Shown one piece after another: positions 39,257 to 52,963 of a stretch of 64,000 nucleotides of DNA. The position numbers were made by a program, and so were the translations under genes. The stretch spans positions 91,271,741-91,335,740 of the forward strand of contig CM041465.1 in NCBI GenBank assembly GCA_023213395.1. Direction: 5' to 3'. The notes beneath the pieces were generated by a model that saw only the letters and a program-made list of their open reading frames with translations, did not search any database and was not told the origin of the DNA. Position 1 is the first letter of the stretch. Every line of letters begins with the position of its first letter. The DNA is from Cycas panzhihuaensis (taxonomy: Eukaryota > Plantae > Cycadophyta).

Positions 39257-42200
39257 TATTATGAACCTCCTTAAAAGAAGTAATTACTCAATCATTATCA
39301 AAGGTCTCATTAATTAGTTCACCTATTTACGAAAAGATCCTATTTTATACATATAAATATGGCCCCCAATTGTAAACATTCATCATCACTTATTATCTTA
39401 TCAGTTAATTAATTGGTCATTTAACTATTAAACCTATCCATGCATCCTTGTGATCTCATATATCTTTTGGAAACTAGCATTTGTTCCTTAGCAACAAACT
39501 AGGTTCATAACAAGTGGTATTAGAGTAGTTTTATTCTCAACACCTTAATAATCTAATAAACTTTAGTATTATAATATTACAATCTATTTAAAGTAGTCCA
39601 TAATTCACCATTACTATTTTAGACATAGCTTTACTCGTTGTCTCCATATATTATTTACACTCATCCTAAAGTAGTTTGCATGTTATTATCATCTCCCTAC
39701 CATTTTCATAGTCATACTTCATTGTCATTTCATGTGCCTTATCACTGTAGCTTGTGCAAGTCTACCACTCTCATTCGTCTAACCTAAACATTAATATAAG
39801 TACAAATATTATAATCTACCTCTATGGTAGAGATTTATTATTAACAATGACTATTATAGGAAGGTGACACCTCCATGCTGATCTATATAACTATTAGCAC
39901 CAAGCCATATAACAACAACATCTCTAAAATATTACATCTCCATGGGCCATGCAATTATGATGTTCTCATATGCATATAAGTTCTTTTAATCCTTTGAACA
40001 TAGTCATAGCATATTAATCTATTACAAGTTACTATGAATATAATATATGCACATTCTGCCATATATTAATATAATTTAAGATGAGGCAAATGCACAACAT
40101 ATGTAGAACCTCTTATAAGAGATAAATTATAAGATGACTAAGAGATATATAATTTCTAAGAGATATAATTAATTTGTAACATATCTAATATTGCTCAAAG
40201 TTAAAACTATATGTCATCTAAGAGATATATGATACCTAAAAAATATATAATTCACATTTGAGACCTTTTACATCAACATTACCAAGTTTGTAGAGATTGA
40301 AAGCCAATTCTACATCAACATAATTTGCATTAATATAATACTATGCTCTTCTCAATTAATAATATGGATCATTACTTGATCTAGTTTACCAATTCTGTAT
40401 CATCATTTCAATGCACTCTAATATACACTATTGATAGTCAAAAGGCATATATATTTTGGAAAATAAAATTAATAAACATGCCATCTTTATATTTGTGCCC
40501 TTATATTCATCTTTTTCATTTTATATTTTCTCGTTAAATCCTATTAAGATTTTCATCTATTTACCATCTATTCACTCAGTAGCTATTCACAGTATCTATC
40601 TAAATTTAGTATATCATTGGTAGCCTATATATACATACATACATACATACATAAATATCTTAGTATTCAATATTAAATCATTAAATTCTAGATCCCTTCC
40701 ACCTTGTTAATATCCCAGATTTCCCCCATTCAACATGTTGAAGTGGGGTGTAGAATTAGAATGAACAAGTTTGCAAGATGGATGGAGCTATTGATACTCA
40801 TTATGTTAGTAAAGATATTAAAAAATAAGGTAGGGGAATGGGAGTATTATTCCAAGGAACAAGATTTGTGCTAATGGGATTCAACCCTATAAAATAGAAT
40901 AAATATATAAAAAAGATTAATTCTAATAGGGCATTTGATGTGGGATGATATATGTGAGCTATACTCATATTATTATTTACTAGTTTACATACAGTAATCC
41001 TACTTATGTTATGGCAAGGAAGGATGGGAAGGCATTGGTTACATACTTATGGGATGTAGCTAGTTTGGATAGGGGAGTGCTTATAGATACTAATAAGATT
41101 TTGTATGAAATATAAGAGATATGATTGGCATTCTAGGTAGTGCATCCTTATGCATTTGTTTAATAGGGTATTAAGGTCAATATCATCATGATATTATATG
41201 AATGGTTAAAATAATATGAGCATAATTACAAATCCATTCATTGTGAGTAAAGTAATATATCTCATTTGTTACAAGTATGAAGGGGATAAGTACACACTTG
41301 CTAAGAAAATAGGATTAAAGATAGTTGATTATCATTAGCTTGAAGATTGCTTAAAGGTTTAGATATTACTTCTCGAAGAGAATTACTTAAAAAGTAGATG
41401 AGAGGTGGAGGCTAGGGATTTAAAGGTTGTTCAAGTTAGTAGAAGTTATCTACCTCTATTGTCAACATACAATCAAGTCTCATACAGTTATTCCACTAGT
41501 TTATATGGACCTCTTATGGTACTAAATTCCAAACCTCTTTCACATCCTATATTATATAAGTCAGCTTTTATAATTAATGAATTGTTAGGAATAAAACTTT
41601 CACCTAAAGAATGGGTAGAAGCAAGGATTTATAGAAAACTTGAAAGAAGTGAGAAGCTTTTAGACATAAAGAATGGAGGTGAATATAGAGAATTGTATTT
41701 GATACTAATAAGCCTCAATGATGCCTACCTGTTATCATTACATAAAAAAATTAAAGGAGTAAGTAAGAAGATTACAAGAATTACATTAAAAAAATTCAAC
41801 TAAAATCATAAATAACATATACATAAATGTGTTAAGAAGGAAGATGAGGATGACACATTTATACTAAAAATTAATAGAGTATAAGATCATGCAATATAGA
41901 AATAAACAAGGCCTATAAACCAAATTATAATCTTAACATATAATTTAAGTGTGTAGGAAGAAGAAGATAATATATAATAGGAAAATAAGGATAAACCATT
42001 AATAACTGGTAAGGACAAAAAGTTAGGTGTCATTCCCAAAACAATATATAACAATTTATAATAAAAAAGATATCAACTATATGCCAAAAAAATCATTAAT
42101 GCCAATGATGATATTTATGTCCCTCTATTTGAGAAGAACCAACTAGTGTCAATAACATCTCCTAATCAATTTGGGAAAAATGTACTAATACTAATGATGA

Positions 42201-43174
42201 CAAGTTCAACTTCTAGTTAACTTGGAAATAATTCAAAAGCAAACATAAACTATTATACCTTAAAATAATACTATCAAGGAACAACACCATCAAAGGCTTT
42301 TTAGAAAAATATATTCAACAATTTTGAAAATGGTAATTCAACTCCTAATATAAAGAATGATACTTATAATACTATAAGTAAAACTTTTGGTGAAATCAAT
42401 ATACATGATAATATGAATCATATAATTACATCATATATATTAGAGGATTCTCTAGTATCAATAATAATCTTGTTGTTTCCTAATGAATCCAAACAATTCA
42501 CAACTATTAATATATAATCTTATCTTTGGAGACAAAGTTGGTTTATATCAACATTGCCATCAATTTTTCATAGGCATACAAATGATAATTATTTAAAATA
42601 TAACATCTATTAACAACCTAAAAATATAATTGATTGAAGAATTCTTTGGCATCAACCTTCAACATGTAGGCCAGGGTATAAAAAAATTCAACATTCTCAT
42701 AATCAACATGTACTAAATAATTTAAAAAGTATTTTCAACAACATCAACCTATCCAAGTTTACTTTTGTATTTATATTCATTATTATTTAAGGTTTTGATA
42801 ATCATGACTTGACAACATATCCTAGATGATTATGATATCCTTTTATCAATAAGAGGCAACATAAGATTGATTGTTATCTTAGTTATGTTTCGAGAATGAA
42901 ACATTTCAAGAAGAGGGTCTTGTTATGAACCTCCTTAAAATAAGTAATTAATCAATCATTATCAAAGGTCTTGTCAAATGGTTATACCTATTTATGAAAA
43001 TGGCCTAGTTTATGCATATAAATATGTCATCAATTATAAACATTCATCATTACTTATTCTTGTATTAATTAATTAAATGGTCATTTAATATAAAACCTAT
43101 CCAAGCATCTTTATACTCTCATGTGCCTTTGAAACTTAGCATTTGCTCCACAATTATGAACTAGAATTGTAACA
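39257..43174 (+). mobile_element. 3.9-kb non-autonomous LTR element, probably chromovirus-derived
   Basis: LTRs 39257-39512 and 42921-43174; PBS tggtattagag 39515-39525; PPT aagaagaggg 42908-42917; TSD tatac/tatgc; ORF 41405-41803 (KLSPKEWVEAR) resembles a Gypsy gag C-terminus; no RT or IN recognised. Confidence 0.82.
40629..40653. repeat. (TACA)n microsatellite
   Basis: atacatacatacatacatacata. Confidence 0.9.
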
Positions 43175-45453
43175 TATGCCTACTTTGAATTATTGTATTA
43201 AACTTTTTCTAATAGTAAACCCATTGAAAGTGTTTTATTTAATCCCTCAGGGTTAAGACTAGAGCTTTTATTAAGTTATCTTTTAAGATTAAAAAAATAT
43301 CTTGGTATTTTTGTGTCTAGGGAAACCTTTTATCCTTCTTTAGCTACTTAGTTAATGAATTGACTAATTTTTGGAAAATTTAGATAGATTTTATATAAAA
43401 GCTAGCTAGTTCTCAAAATCTTCATACTTCATGTATTTTTCATGGTGTTTTCTATTCTTTAATAGTTTGGATTGATATATTGTAATACCCTTCGATGAAA
43501 CTATATGCATAGATGTTCAATCTCTTCTTTGAAGAATTAACATTTAGAAACCTTTGCATATAGTTTCTCTTTTCTTAGAATATTTATGATAATCTTTAGA
43601 TGTCTAAAGTGTTTTTCTTTACTTTTACTAAAATTAAACATCATTAAGAAAAATAAGAAGAAAATTTCCTAAATAGACTCATAATATATTTTTTATTAAT
43701 CTTATAAATAAAGCAAGAACATTCATTAAACAAAATGACATAACTAGGTATTTATAATGTGCATCTTTAATACCAAAAGTTATCTTTTTAATATCGGTCT
43801 TGTGGATTCTAATATAATGATATCGATTTCTTAAGTAAATTTTAAAAATATGGCACTTAATAGTAATTTTATTTAAAGCCCTATATTTAATGTAGAATTT
43901 CTAAATTGGGATTTAAATATAAGAAGGATATACTCTAATATACTAAGAAAATTTATTTTAGAAATGCATTAATTCACCTAATTTCCATTCAACCTCATTC
44001 CTTCTCTTTATGATGCATAATGAATATGTATAAATATAACTATTATAGAATATATACAAAACTCCTAATGATACTTATGTGGAATGTTGGGTAATCCCTA
44101 ATGACTCATCATTCTCATAATAATAATAAGAAAAATTCTAAAATATGTTTGATAAGGGGGAGACTCAAAACATAAAGTTATGATGCTAGTAAACATTAAT
44201 ATTTCAATGCTCCCTTTTAATGTTTACTTCATTAATTTTAACTCCTAAACCATCATTGAATATCCAAAATTTATCTCATGTTAGTGACTTGGTAAATATA
44301 TCAACTAATGGTTCTTCTATTACATGTATACCACCTCAATCATCCTATTTTGAATTAATTCTTGAATAAAGTAATGGTACACCTCAATGTATATAGTGTA
44401 AGTATGGAACACATGGTTATTAGTGATCTTCAGTGTACTTTGATTATCATAGTACAATTTAGTTCGTTCTAATTATTGTATATCCATATCCCCTAGATTT
44501 AGTTTTTGCTATAACTACAACTTTATACTTTACTACAATTAAGGATAAAGTAATATTAGATCATTTTTTACTACTCCAAGTGACAATAACTAATCCTAGA
44601 CAAAAAATGTGTCCAAAAGTCATTCTCTTTCTTTCTATATATATGGTCAAATTATAAATTGCCAATCCTTCCAACTTGAAGTTAATATTATATATGAATT
44701 CAAGATCATATTATATAGTGCCCTTTAAGTATCTAAGTATCTTTTCTACAACTTTTTAGTAACTCTATTTTGGCACTTCCATAAACCTAGAAACTATTCT
44801 AACTATAAATAAGGTGTCAGATCTAGTAGTAATTAAATATATTTGACTACTTACTAGTTGCTTATATAACATTCCATCAATATTTTCTCCATGATCTTCT
44901 ATTATTAACTTGGAATATATCTTCATAGTGATAGGGTTATAATCATCTATTCTAAATTTCTTTAAAATTTCTCAACTATATTTCACTTATGAGATAAAGA
45001 GACATGTAGGCCTTTACTATACTTCAACTTTAAAGAAGTAATGTAGTACTCCCACATATATCATCTCAAAGAAGTGACTTAGATTTACTTTTAGATTTAA
45101 TATCATATTGATGTTATTACCTTTGATCAACAAGTCATCAATATATGACACTACACATATTACTTTATCATTTAAGATTTTAATATATATACTTGAGTTA
45201 ATTACATATATCTTAAACCTATTTTAAAGAAAGTACTAATTAATCTTTTTATATGAAGCTTTGAGAGCCTATTTTAGGTTGTACAACGCCTTTTTGAGAT
45301 GGTACACTAAATGCTCTTAACATTTTTGTATAAAGCCAAGTGGTTGGACTATGTAGACTTCTTTTGTCAATTCCCTATTTAGAAATGTACTATTCATATT
45401 TATTTGGTGAAGCTTCTAATTGAATTATATAGCCATTACCACAATGAGACAAA

Positions 45454-47436
45454 TGTCAAAAATAGGGATTCAAAGATTACCTTTGAAATCATGATGAAAA
45501 TATAAATATAAAGTATGCTACAAGCATGAGGCATTAATGATAAAATAATAAATGAAGTAAACAAAAGATGAATTATGTATAATACATAATCTAACAAAGA
45601 TGTGGGAAAATGATTACCTTCTATTTATTATATTAGGCATAAATACATACTTATAGTACATGTGACCTCATACTTGACCAATAAGATGAAAGAACCCTTA
45701 TCAATGGGACATTTATATGAATAAGTGTGTATCACATATACATATGTTAATAACTTAATATAAAATACCTATGAGAGAGTTAAGATAAAATAGATACTAA
45801 ACATTAATCTATATTAAACATTATGTTTTAGCACACCCCTATAATATTTATTGTTATATTTGTACATTATATAGAAATCTACTAAATCAAATGAAGATTG
45901 TGTCCATATTATACTAACTATATCTACAAGCAACAAACTAAATATGTTGAAGTCTGTATAAAGAAAGGTCCATCTACTAGAATACATGGGTAACTAGCCA
46001 TTACAATTGTTAGTTGAATAGAAACCTCCTTTAGATATATCGTTCAATCAACATCAATCAACTTTATTTTAAGACCAAGTCTACTATGCAAATGAGTTGA
46101 GTATAAAGGAAATTTCATTCTTATTTGAGGCAACCAATTTGTGGTTACCTTATTCTTATTAGAGGTGACCAATTTGTGGTTCCTTCAGGGATAAGAGTAG
46201 GATACACCTTATAACTTATATGGTTCTTCAAGGATAAAAATGAATATCACTTTGAGTTTAACCTTTCTAAGTTTATCAAACATCTATTGGCTTACGTGTA
46301 CCTATAATACCATCAGTAGCCCACGTTATTTTGTAATCTATTCTTTCTTTCATATACTGTGCAATGTGGGGTATTACAATGATGATGCAATAAGAGATCT
46401 AGTCCAATATGGGTGTCTTCCCCTTTAGCATGATAAAGGCATATCTATGGGCAATGAAACCATGGTTGTGGCTAGTTCCATTAAGTCTTCATTTAGTTGG
46501 TATGCTTTGTGTATTATGAGCATCAATGAGGGCTTTTACTAAGGTGAGTTACAATTATGTAATTGATCAGTCAATCTCTATGTATGATAGGTTAGTGGTA
46601 GACTAAATTTTCTTTTATGAGGTTGATAATGGTTTTTCTTAGTGGTTATTCTTTCTATGGAGGACATGCATGACATCCTTTAGATCATGTCCATTCTATT
46701 CTTCTTCTATTTGTGGTGGCTCCATAGATTAGATCTCACATATGTCATTCATAAGTGCTCTAAACTTGTAAGGCTATATCAAATTATGCTTTAAGTATTG
46801 ATCAACCACACTCCACATAGGGTTATCACTTTTTATAGGTGGCTTTGATTCCTTCTTAGTTATTTTTTACTATGCCAAACCAATGATATTGTAAGCTACT
46901 TCCTATGGTAGATAGGTTTATGTAATCTTCTGTAGCAACAAGCATCCATTTGGTGAAGGCAAGGGCATTTATTTTCTAGCTTCATAAACATCTACTTTGG
47001 AGGTTCTCTTATAGGCTTAAACATACTAAAATATTTCACTAACAGAATCTTCACCTCACCATAGTGGTTTGGATTTAACCTTGCCCTGATACCATATCAA
47101 AAATAGGGATTTGAAGATTACCTTTGAAATTATGATGAAAATATGAATGTAAATAATAAATGAAGTAAACAAAATATGAAATATGCATAATATAAAATAC
47201 AAAAAGATATAGGAAAATGATCACCTTCCAATTATCGCATTAGGTATGAATACATACTTATAGTACATGTGACATCATACTTGACCAATTAAATGAAATA
47301 ATCCTTGTGTCCACTAATGGAACATTTACATGAATAGGTGTACATCACATAAATACATATTAATAAAATACCTATAAGAAAGTTATAATAAAGGGAACAC
47401 TAAACATTAACCCATATTAAACATTGTATTTTAACA
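45454..47436 (-). mobile_element. 2.0-kb non-autonomous LTR element (large TRIM or TR-GAG-like)
   Basis: LTRs 45454-45833 and 47095-47436; PBS rc gccctgatacca 47083-47094; PPT rc cacccct 45834-45840; perfect acaaa TSD; 1.26-kb interior with no pol motifs recognised. Confidence 0.9.
46117..46185. repeat. 35-bp tandem duplication
   Basis: ttcttatt.gagg..accaatttgtggtt.cctt occurs twice. Confidence 0.8.
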
Positions 47437-49133
47437 ACAAATGGTATTTGTCTTTACAATAGGGATGACTGTTTTTTTTGTAGTCAATCCCTTTTTATTG
47501 CTTAAAGCCTTTTGCTACACATCTAGCCTTATATTGTACATAGATCCATTTGATTTATGTTTGATTCTATAGATCTATTTGTAACTAATTACTTGATTTT
47601 CAATAGGCAATTCAATAAAATCCAATATGTGGTTCTTCTTGACTACTTAGATTTTAGTATTTGTAGTATCATTCTACTTCTTCAATTGTAGAAGGTTTGC
47701 TAACACTTGATACACATGCCATAAGAGGAATATTTACCTATTAAGAAGATTGCATTTTGGATTTTCTATTTTCATTTATCTTAAGGACTAACTTATTAGC
47801 TTCCTCTATAGTTTTCAAGTATAATCGAGGAAGCTTCCTTTTTCAAAGATGAAGGTGAAGGTGTAGAAGGTTTCCCTAGATTAGGCTTTGGCTTAATCTT
47901 TAGTTTAAGATAAGATTTAGATTTTATAAATTAGAAAAATACAAACTTTACTAATTCATCAATGTCAAATAGTTCAAATTTAGGTTGATTAATATCCCTT
48001 GAAGAGCTACATTTAGGTATTTCCTTAATATGCTTGTCAACTTTATTCTAGCCTACATCTATTTTGTCATCCTCATTAAAGATAACATCTCGAGTTATGT
48101 ACATATTCATAGTCGATAACTCACTTAACACTATAAGATTTACTTTATTTAGAGTATCCCACAAGGATGTACTTTATGCTTTTGTCATCTAACTTCTATT
48201 ATTTTTTATTTGGGTTATGCATGTATAGTATGCACCCAAAAACTCTTAAATGACAAGTAATTTATTTCTTATCTAACCAAGCCTTCTTAGGTATTTTGTT
48301 CCTAATAACCCTCATAGTGTTCTTATTTATTAGATATGTATTTATGTTCACATCTTTAGCCAATAAGTAATATGATATATCCTTGCCTTTTATCATAAAT
48401 ATGGATTTTTCAACCAAAGTTTTATTTATTTGCTCAATAACTCTATTTTACTAAGTTATATAGGTGGTAGAAAACTACTTCCTAATTTCATCATATTTAT
48501 AAAACTAATTGAATTTATTCAAATTATATTCTCTACCATTATCACTTTATAAAATCTTGATTTTATATCTACTTTCATTCTATACCATCTCCCTAAATTA
48601 TTTGAAGTAGGTGAAAGCTTATGATTTCTCCTTCAATAAAAAAATCTAGACTTTTTATAAAAGGTTATCAATAAAATTAATTAAGTATGTCACTCTACCA
48701 AGTGAAATGATTGAAATTAGTCTACCAATATCTAAGTGAACCAATCCAAACTTGTATCTAACTCTCCATAATTTATATTTTAGAAAGGGTTCTCTATGTT
48801 ATTTATCAAAGATATAGGGTTTCCATAACCAATGTTTAACATTTATCAAAGGAAGAACACAAACCATTTTAAATTTATACATTAATTAAAGATGAAATGA
48901 TCCATTTATTCATGCCACTATTTTTGTTTTAGAGATATAACAAAGAATTATCTCTATAATTTAGAGTGTCCTTATAATTTGTATAAATTGTTATCTCTAC
49001 TCATTTTAGCTATAACCTTGTTTTGTTTATTCGAAACTGTGCACTACCCTTTAGCAAACATTAAAGTTATATTATGTTATTTAATTTCATATATAGAAAT
49101 AATATTGTAAGTTTCTAAGATATATAAAACTTC

Positions 49134-50828
49134 TAATGAGAAGGACCATTGGAAGCCAAATATAACATTTGGAGAAAATGCCCATAAGGAGCTATAGTAA
49201 AATTCAGCTTCCAAGAACTTGTTGAAGATTGATAAAGCCCACTAGGGGGGCTATTTGCTATAAACTTTTAATAAAATAATTATTTCAAAGAAGTTGAAAA
49301 TAGATTTAAATTGAACTAATAGAGATATTCCTATAAAACCATAGTGGAAAATTCATCAATTCATGTATAAAACTAGAAATCAAACCCTACTAGTTTGATT
49401 TTTTAAGAAATCTATTAAAATGCCTAGAAAAAGGATGGAGTTCATAGTATTCATTTGCTCCTACATTGAGGAAAATAATTGTTGGAGCTAAATTTGAAGA
49501 AACTTTTTAATTTTTAAAGATTAGAAATTATTTGGGAATATATGGTAGAAAAGTTACAAGATAATTGGATGAACAATTGAACAAAAACTAGAAAATAAAT
49601 AGAAATATGGCTAAGAAAATGTATGAGATATTGTTAAATAGAGAATATTAATTAATGTTAAATAAAATCTTCATAAGAAAGAATTGTAAAATAGCAAGAC
49701 AATGGAGCAAAATCTCCACATAAGTCATTGAAATGATGCCAAGAAAAGCGCAAAATAAAATAATGAGGAAAAGAGATAAGGTTTTAAAGAAAAGTGTACC
49801 TAATAAGAGTATTGAAAAAGTTCAATGAAACTTATTATGGAAGGCATAATCTTTGACAAAGTTTATTGGTAAAGTTTAACATGGCTTGTTGAAGAAATTG
49901 TTAAGATTTTTTAATTTGGGAAGGGGCCCACATAATCCAAACCTCAACATGCATGAATGATAACATCATGATTAGAACAAGCACAATATATACAAATGAT
50001 AGTATCATAGTTGGAATTATGAATGCCTAAATCTCGACATGCTCAAATGTTATTGATATGGTTGGAACCTCAAATGGATAAACTTCAATATTCTTGAATG
50101 TTAACAAACTAGAAATTTTGACAAGGTTTGAAACTTTAAAATTACCCCAAAATTGCCAATGTTAGGCCAAATCTCAACATAAGAGTACATTTTTGATATT
50201 CATAGTTGAAGAAGCATTGACCAATAAACAAAGCAAATATAAATATAATGCTAAATATTGATATGACATATGATGAAGAACTTACAATTTGAAGTCATGG
50301 AAAATTTCTTCATTTACAACATTTGAACCTTGTGAAGATGCTAATAACTCCAAAGATTGATTATTGAAACTAACCCTCAGCGAAGATTTGACTATAGCTA
50401 ACAAGAAATTCAACATAGACTTGAATTCCTTTTGTAATTATTTGACCAAAATCATCCTTGATAAAGTTTAGAGAAACCCTAAAAATACTCTAACATATGT
50501 AACAACCCTCATTGAGTTTTTTTGATGAAGGATCTCTAAACACATAAGAGAATTCACTTATAAATTATATTAACGATGACAGATAGGACTAAAAATTGAT
50601 TCATAACCTGTAAATAATGAAGATGCAATAAGATGAAATTTGAAATAACGGTTGAGTTTGCCCTTTCAAAAATAAAGCTCACTATATTTGATAAATTAAT
50701 CACATCAATGCCCTCTTTTCAAAGATATTAGTCATATAAAGATGTGATATGACCTTTAACTTTTGAGCTAAAAGGGCCAATGCCCTAAATTCAAGTAACT
50801 TAATGAATAAATGATGCCTTTTTCATCA
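49134..50828. mobile_element. Putative long (~1.7 kb) LTR-like segment without matching TSD
   Basis: Imperfect terminal inverted repeat taatgagaagg / cctttttcatca; left end coincides with the break in Copia-4 coding sequence. Confidence 0.4.
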
Positions 50829-51089
50829 TAACTTGACTTCCAAAACTCCATTTTTAATACTGTTCATTAAGCTACAGTCTTGATTGATTGATCTTGATAC
50901 TGAGTTTACTTTAAAGACTTGATTAATTGAATTTTAATATGAAAATTATTATTAGTCCCAAAAATAAGTGGAAAACCAACTATCTTGACATGAACACTAA
51001 TAAATAATCACATTAAAAGATTAACAATAGAAAATAATCTACAAATACTTGGTTCAGTAACTAAGAGATTGTCTAGTGTAAATAATTTT

Positions 51090-52430
51090 CTATTATGAAA
51101 ATATTAGTTGACAAGCTTCTTGGAGATAAATAATATATAGTAGTACACTAATAAAAACCAACTGTGCTAACTAATATTAATGAGAAGAACAAACCTGAAG
51201 GTAGATCGATATTTACTTTGGGATTTATTAAGATTTCTATTAGAAAAATCTTAATAGTAAATGTCATAAATGCTTAAGCACTAAAATAAGCATGGGATAC
51301 AATTATCTCTCTTTATAAGACTAAAGATGATGCATGGATCTTATCCCTAAAAATTATCTCTATAGTTAAAAGTGAGGTAGACTGATGATTGATCACTTAT
51401 AAGAAATCAAGATGATCATGGACTAGTTGAGCACAATGTGGAAGCCACTTGAAGACTTGGAGCTAGTGGCTATAGTGATTTTGTCCCTATAGAATTCATA
51501 TGAAAACTTTATCACCAACCTAAGCTTAAATGGTAAGATAAATTTGGTAACCTTTAATGATCTCGAAGGGTAATTGAATTTTTATGAGTAAAGATTATAA
51601 AGGATATGAGTGCTAAACGTTTAAGAGATATGAATGTGAAGAATAAAGGGAATCATCCATTTGTGCTAAGAAGGAATATGTTATTTGAATAAAATATTCA
51701 ATAGGGGGGGTCTTAAGGGATAAACAAAGACTAAGTGTTAGAATTGTAAGCAGCCTAGACATTTGAAGAAAGATTATAGAAGTTTGAAGAATCAACAACC
51801 ACAACAACAACATTAGATACAACATTATCAATAATATTGATAAGATTAAGGATAACTAGAAAGAAGGTAAGGTGGTCATAAAAGTAACTTTCTCACCATT
51901 CATTCCACTAAGTTGAAGAGAAGAATAAAAGACTCTTTGTTGTAGCATACCTAATTATGATAACATGAGAAATATTTGTATAATGGACTTAGGCACAGCT
52001 AAATATATGACTAGAAAAAAGAAATGGTTTTGTGAATTGATCAATGCAAAAGGATAAACCATCACTATAGGTGATAATATTATGCTAAAATATGAAGGAG
52101 TTAGAAAAGTTTTAATTATCACTAAATAAGAAAAAATAAAAAATATTAAAGACATTCTATTTGTGCCAAGACTCAAGGTGAACCTAATTTTAGTTTAGTA
52201 TATTAAAAAATAGGTAATAAACACTAAATTCCATCATAGAAAGTGTACTATCATCAACAAAGATGGAATTATTATTGTAGAAGGTAAGAAGATTGATGAC
52301 CTAAATATTTTGAAATATAAATATAGAGTTCAAAAGGCCTATACTTCTATAGTTGATAAAAATAATATCTAGGATAATATAATATGACATTTAAATCATT
52401 AAAGTCTTCAATTGATGCATAAACTAATAG
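51090..52430 (+). pseudogene. Copia-5 fragment: gag, protease and pre-integrase region
   Basis: AWDTIISLYK (~51290), SYENFITNL (~51495), IMDLGTAKYMT..K.WF (~51980-52030), ILFVPRLKVNL (~52153). Confidence 0.7.
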
Positions 52431-52963
52431 TCTCCTCATTAGTATCGAATTCTTCATACCATGAGTAACCAACCATATAGAAGAAAACTTGGTTATCATA
52501 TGAATACTCCTTAATGTTATCTAATTCTATAATGGACTAATCAACCTTTTCTTAGATTCTCAAATTATGGTTTACTAACTCACTCATATCTATCAATCTC
52601 ACTTAGAATACTTGTTTAACTTACTAAACATTGCCACTCTTTTGATGACACAATTTATATATGTGACCATTCAACACATTCCACATAATCAACATGTTGA
52701 AGTTAACTCACATATTTCTTATATACTCAATTACCATTGCTAGTAGCCATGTTGCTTCAAGATAGAGATATCTATTACTTTGAACATGAGTATTAACTAA
52801 CCACTCTCTCAAGACTTGTGCTTGGAGATATTATCCTTTGTAATTGGAATAAACCATAACATTGAGAAATCTATTTATGAAAGAGCCTAAGCTATGGTAG
52901 CATTACATGACCACTCACCACTAGGTGGAAATGATTAAAATAACACTTATGTTAAGGAGACCC

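Larger units (their letters stand above)
38266..44084 (-). pseudogene. Gypsy-2: chromovirus-type pol fragment (RT, IN, chromodomain start), heavily decayed, interrupted at 39257-43174
   Basis: RT motifs KIYLRNRYHYIRI (~43805-43845, equivalent to KLDLRSGYHQIR), YLVMSFCLMN (~43722-43752), LIFLNDV (~43635-43660); integrase remnants 38500-39250; EYKFMVK near 38265-38285. Confidence 0.7.
44085..49133 (-). mobile_element. Copia-4: 5'-truncated Copia (short 3' LTR ~44085-44209, RH, RT, IN, end of protease region)
   Basis: PPT rc ctcccttt at 44210; EPLVDIFTKSL (~44283-44315); YIDDLLI (~45127-45147); VHLDIGR (~48720-48745); interrupted at 45454-47436. Confidence 0.82.

Noticed and set aside
52430-52963. 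A distinct element between Copia-5 and the duplicate
   Set aside because: Probably retroelement-derived, but no terminus or domain could be assigned with confidence
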